Source of the DNA: Escherichia phage vb_EcoM-VR5
Direction: 5' to 3' (one strand)
DNA length: 64,000 nt
Sequence record: NC_028881.1
Shown here: in pieces, positions 63,020 through 64,000 of the stretch
Layout of the letters: each line of letters starts with the position of its first letter
How positions within the stretch are numbered: the stretch's first letter is position 1
Translations under genes and position numbers: made by a program
Notes under the pieces: model-generated
What the model was told of the DNA's origin: nothing
Databases searched by the model: none
The model's input: only the letters and a program-made list of their open reading frames with translations

Positions 63020-63988
63020 TTAGTATTTGTATTCGTTTGCGAACTGTTCAGTGACGTCTTCCAGAACTTCATAATAACATACACGCATTTTAGCATCACC
63101 ATAATCAACTGGGATACTAACAACATCACGTGGGTTAACTTTACACGAAACCACTTTACAGCTTGAGCTACCAAAGTGGCCGATATAACTACGAGAGCAA
63201 ACGTGTAGACCGCGTGAACAAGTTACTTCGTCGTCATCATTAACACGCGAACGTGGCATTTTAACGGGTTTGCCTGGTGAGTTATCAAACGTACCAGTGC
63301 GACAGTCGGTGTAATCAGCGTTAACTACTTTCCATGTGATAAAGTGGCCGTCTTCAGTGATTTTGATATCGTTCGCTACAAGGAAGTCGAACAGGCGTTG
63401 TACAGCTTTTTCACTTGGGTTTTCTAACAGGTTCTCAAGGAACGGCAGGTAGAATTCGAAGTCTTCGCCGTTTTCCATTGAAGCAATAATACGGTCAATA
63501 AGACCGGAACGGAGTTCTATACCTTGATAAACCAGACGGCCACCTTCAATACGAACGTTACCTTTAACGAAAGCCTTAACAGCTTCTTTAATAGAAATCA
63601 GTTTAATCGCATCATCAAAACGGGATTCTTTAAGAGCCTGCACGATGGTATCAAAGTGTTTGTTCTTATTAGTGGTATTCCATACTGTACGACCTTCAGT
63701 GATGGATACAAATTTAGAACTCGCGTTCCAAATAATTTCGGGACGAGAGCCGCCAATGGTAACTTCAACCGGAACAACTCTCGGCTCATTAGGAACTGTT
63801 ACGGTAATATTTCCGGTAATAACCACTTGTGAACGTTTAGCTTCTTCAGAATTTTTCAGGACTTTACGGACGGTATCAACTGAAACACTATACCACTCAG
63901 CCAGTTCTTGCTGAGTATAATTACCTGTGGCATAAAGGTCAACGATATCGGTTTGTTCGGATTTAGACAAACATTTAATATTGTACAT
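63020..63988 (-). CDS. rIIB: rIIB membrane-associated rapid-lysis protein
   Basis: 322 aa; long identical runs to T4 rIIB (MYNIKCL.K.EQ, GNYTQQELA.W, IELRSGL.DRI, FEFY.PFLENLLENPS.KAV.RLFDFLVANDI.ITEDG, TCSRGLHVCS.SYI.HFGSS). Confidence 0.9.
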   Translation of the reverse strand: MYNIKCLSKSEQTDIVDLYATGNYTQQELAEWYSVSVDTVRKVLKNSEEAKRSQVVITGNITVTVPNEPRVVPVEVTIGGSRPEIIWNASSKFVSITEGRTVWNTTNKNKHFDTIVQALKESRFDDAIKLISIKEAVKAFVKGNVRIEGGRLVYQGIELRSGLIDRIIASMENGEDFEFYLPFLENLLENPSEKAVQRLFDFLVANDIKITEDGHFITWKVVNADYTDCRTGTFDNSPGKPVKMPRSRVNDDDEVTCSRGLHVCSRSYIGHFGSSSCKVVSCKVNPRDVVSIPVDYGDAKMRVCYYEVLEDVTEQFANEYKY

Positions 63989-64000
63989 AATATTTCCTAA

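Overview
This window reads as a contiguous segment of a T4-like (Tevenvirinae-type) myovirus genome, gene-for-gene syntenic with T4 from rnlB/hoc/uvsW to rIIB. Calls rest on reading the supplied translations and DNA by eye against remembered T4 proteins and promoter consensus; no database search was run. Content in order: RNA ligase 2 (partial), a non-T4 insertion (collagen-like protein plus a second Hoc-like protein), hoc, inh, uvsW, uvsY, baseplate hub/wedge genes 25-26-51-27-28-29-48-54, two tandem Alt ADP-ribosyltransferase paralogs, DNA ligase (30), a long minus-strand early cluster (30.x-like small genes, rIII, 31, cd, pseT, spanin pair, alc, rnlA, denA, nrdB, nrdA, td, frd), then 32, a putative homing endonuclease, 59, 33, dsbA, rnh, the late tail-fibre operon 34-35-36-37-38 and holin t, and finally asiA, motA, 52, ndd, a denB candidate and rIIB. 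Regulatory signals are dense and T4-typical: TATAAATA late promoters, MotA-box middle promoters, about a dozen near-identical early promoter plus stem-loop cassettes (PeSL-like), and many GC tetraloop hairpins. The most notable non-T4 content is the collagen-like/Hoc-like module next to hoc, the duplicated alt gene, a roughly 390-bp ORF-free structured island after rIII, and a T2-type gp37/gp38 receptor-recognition pair. No rRNA, tRNA, CRISPR array, integrase or transposase was found.
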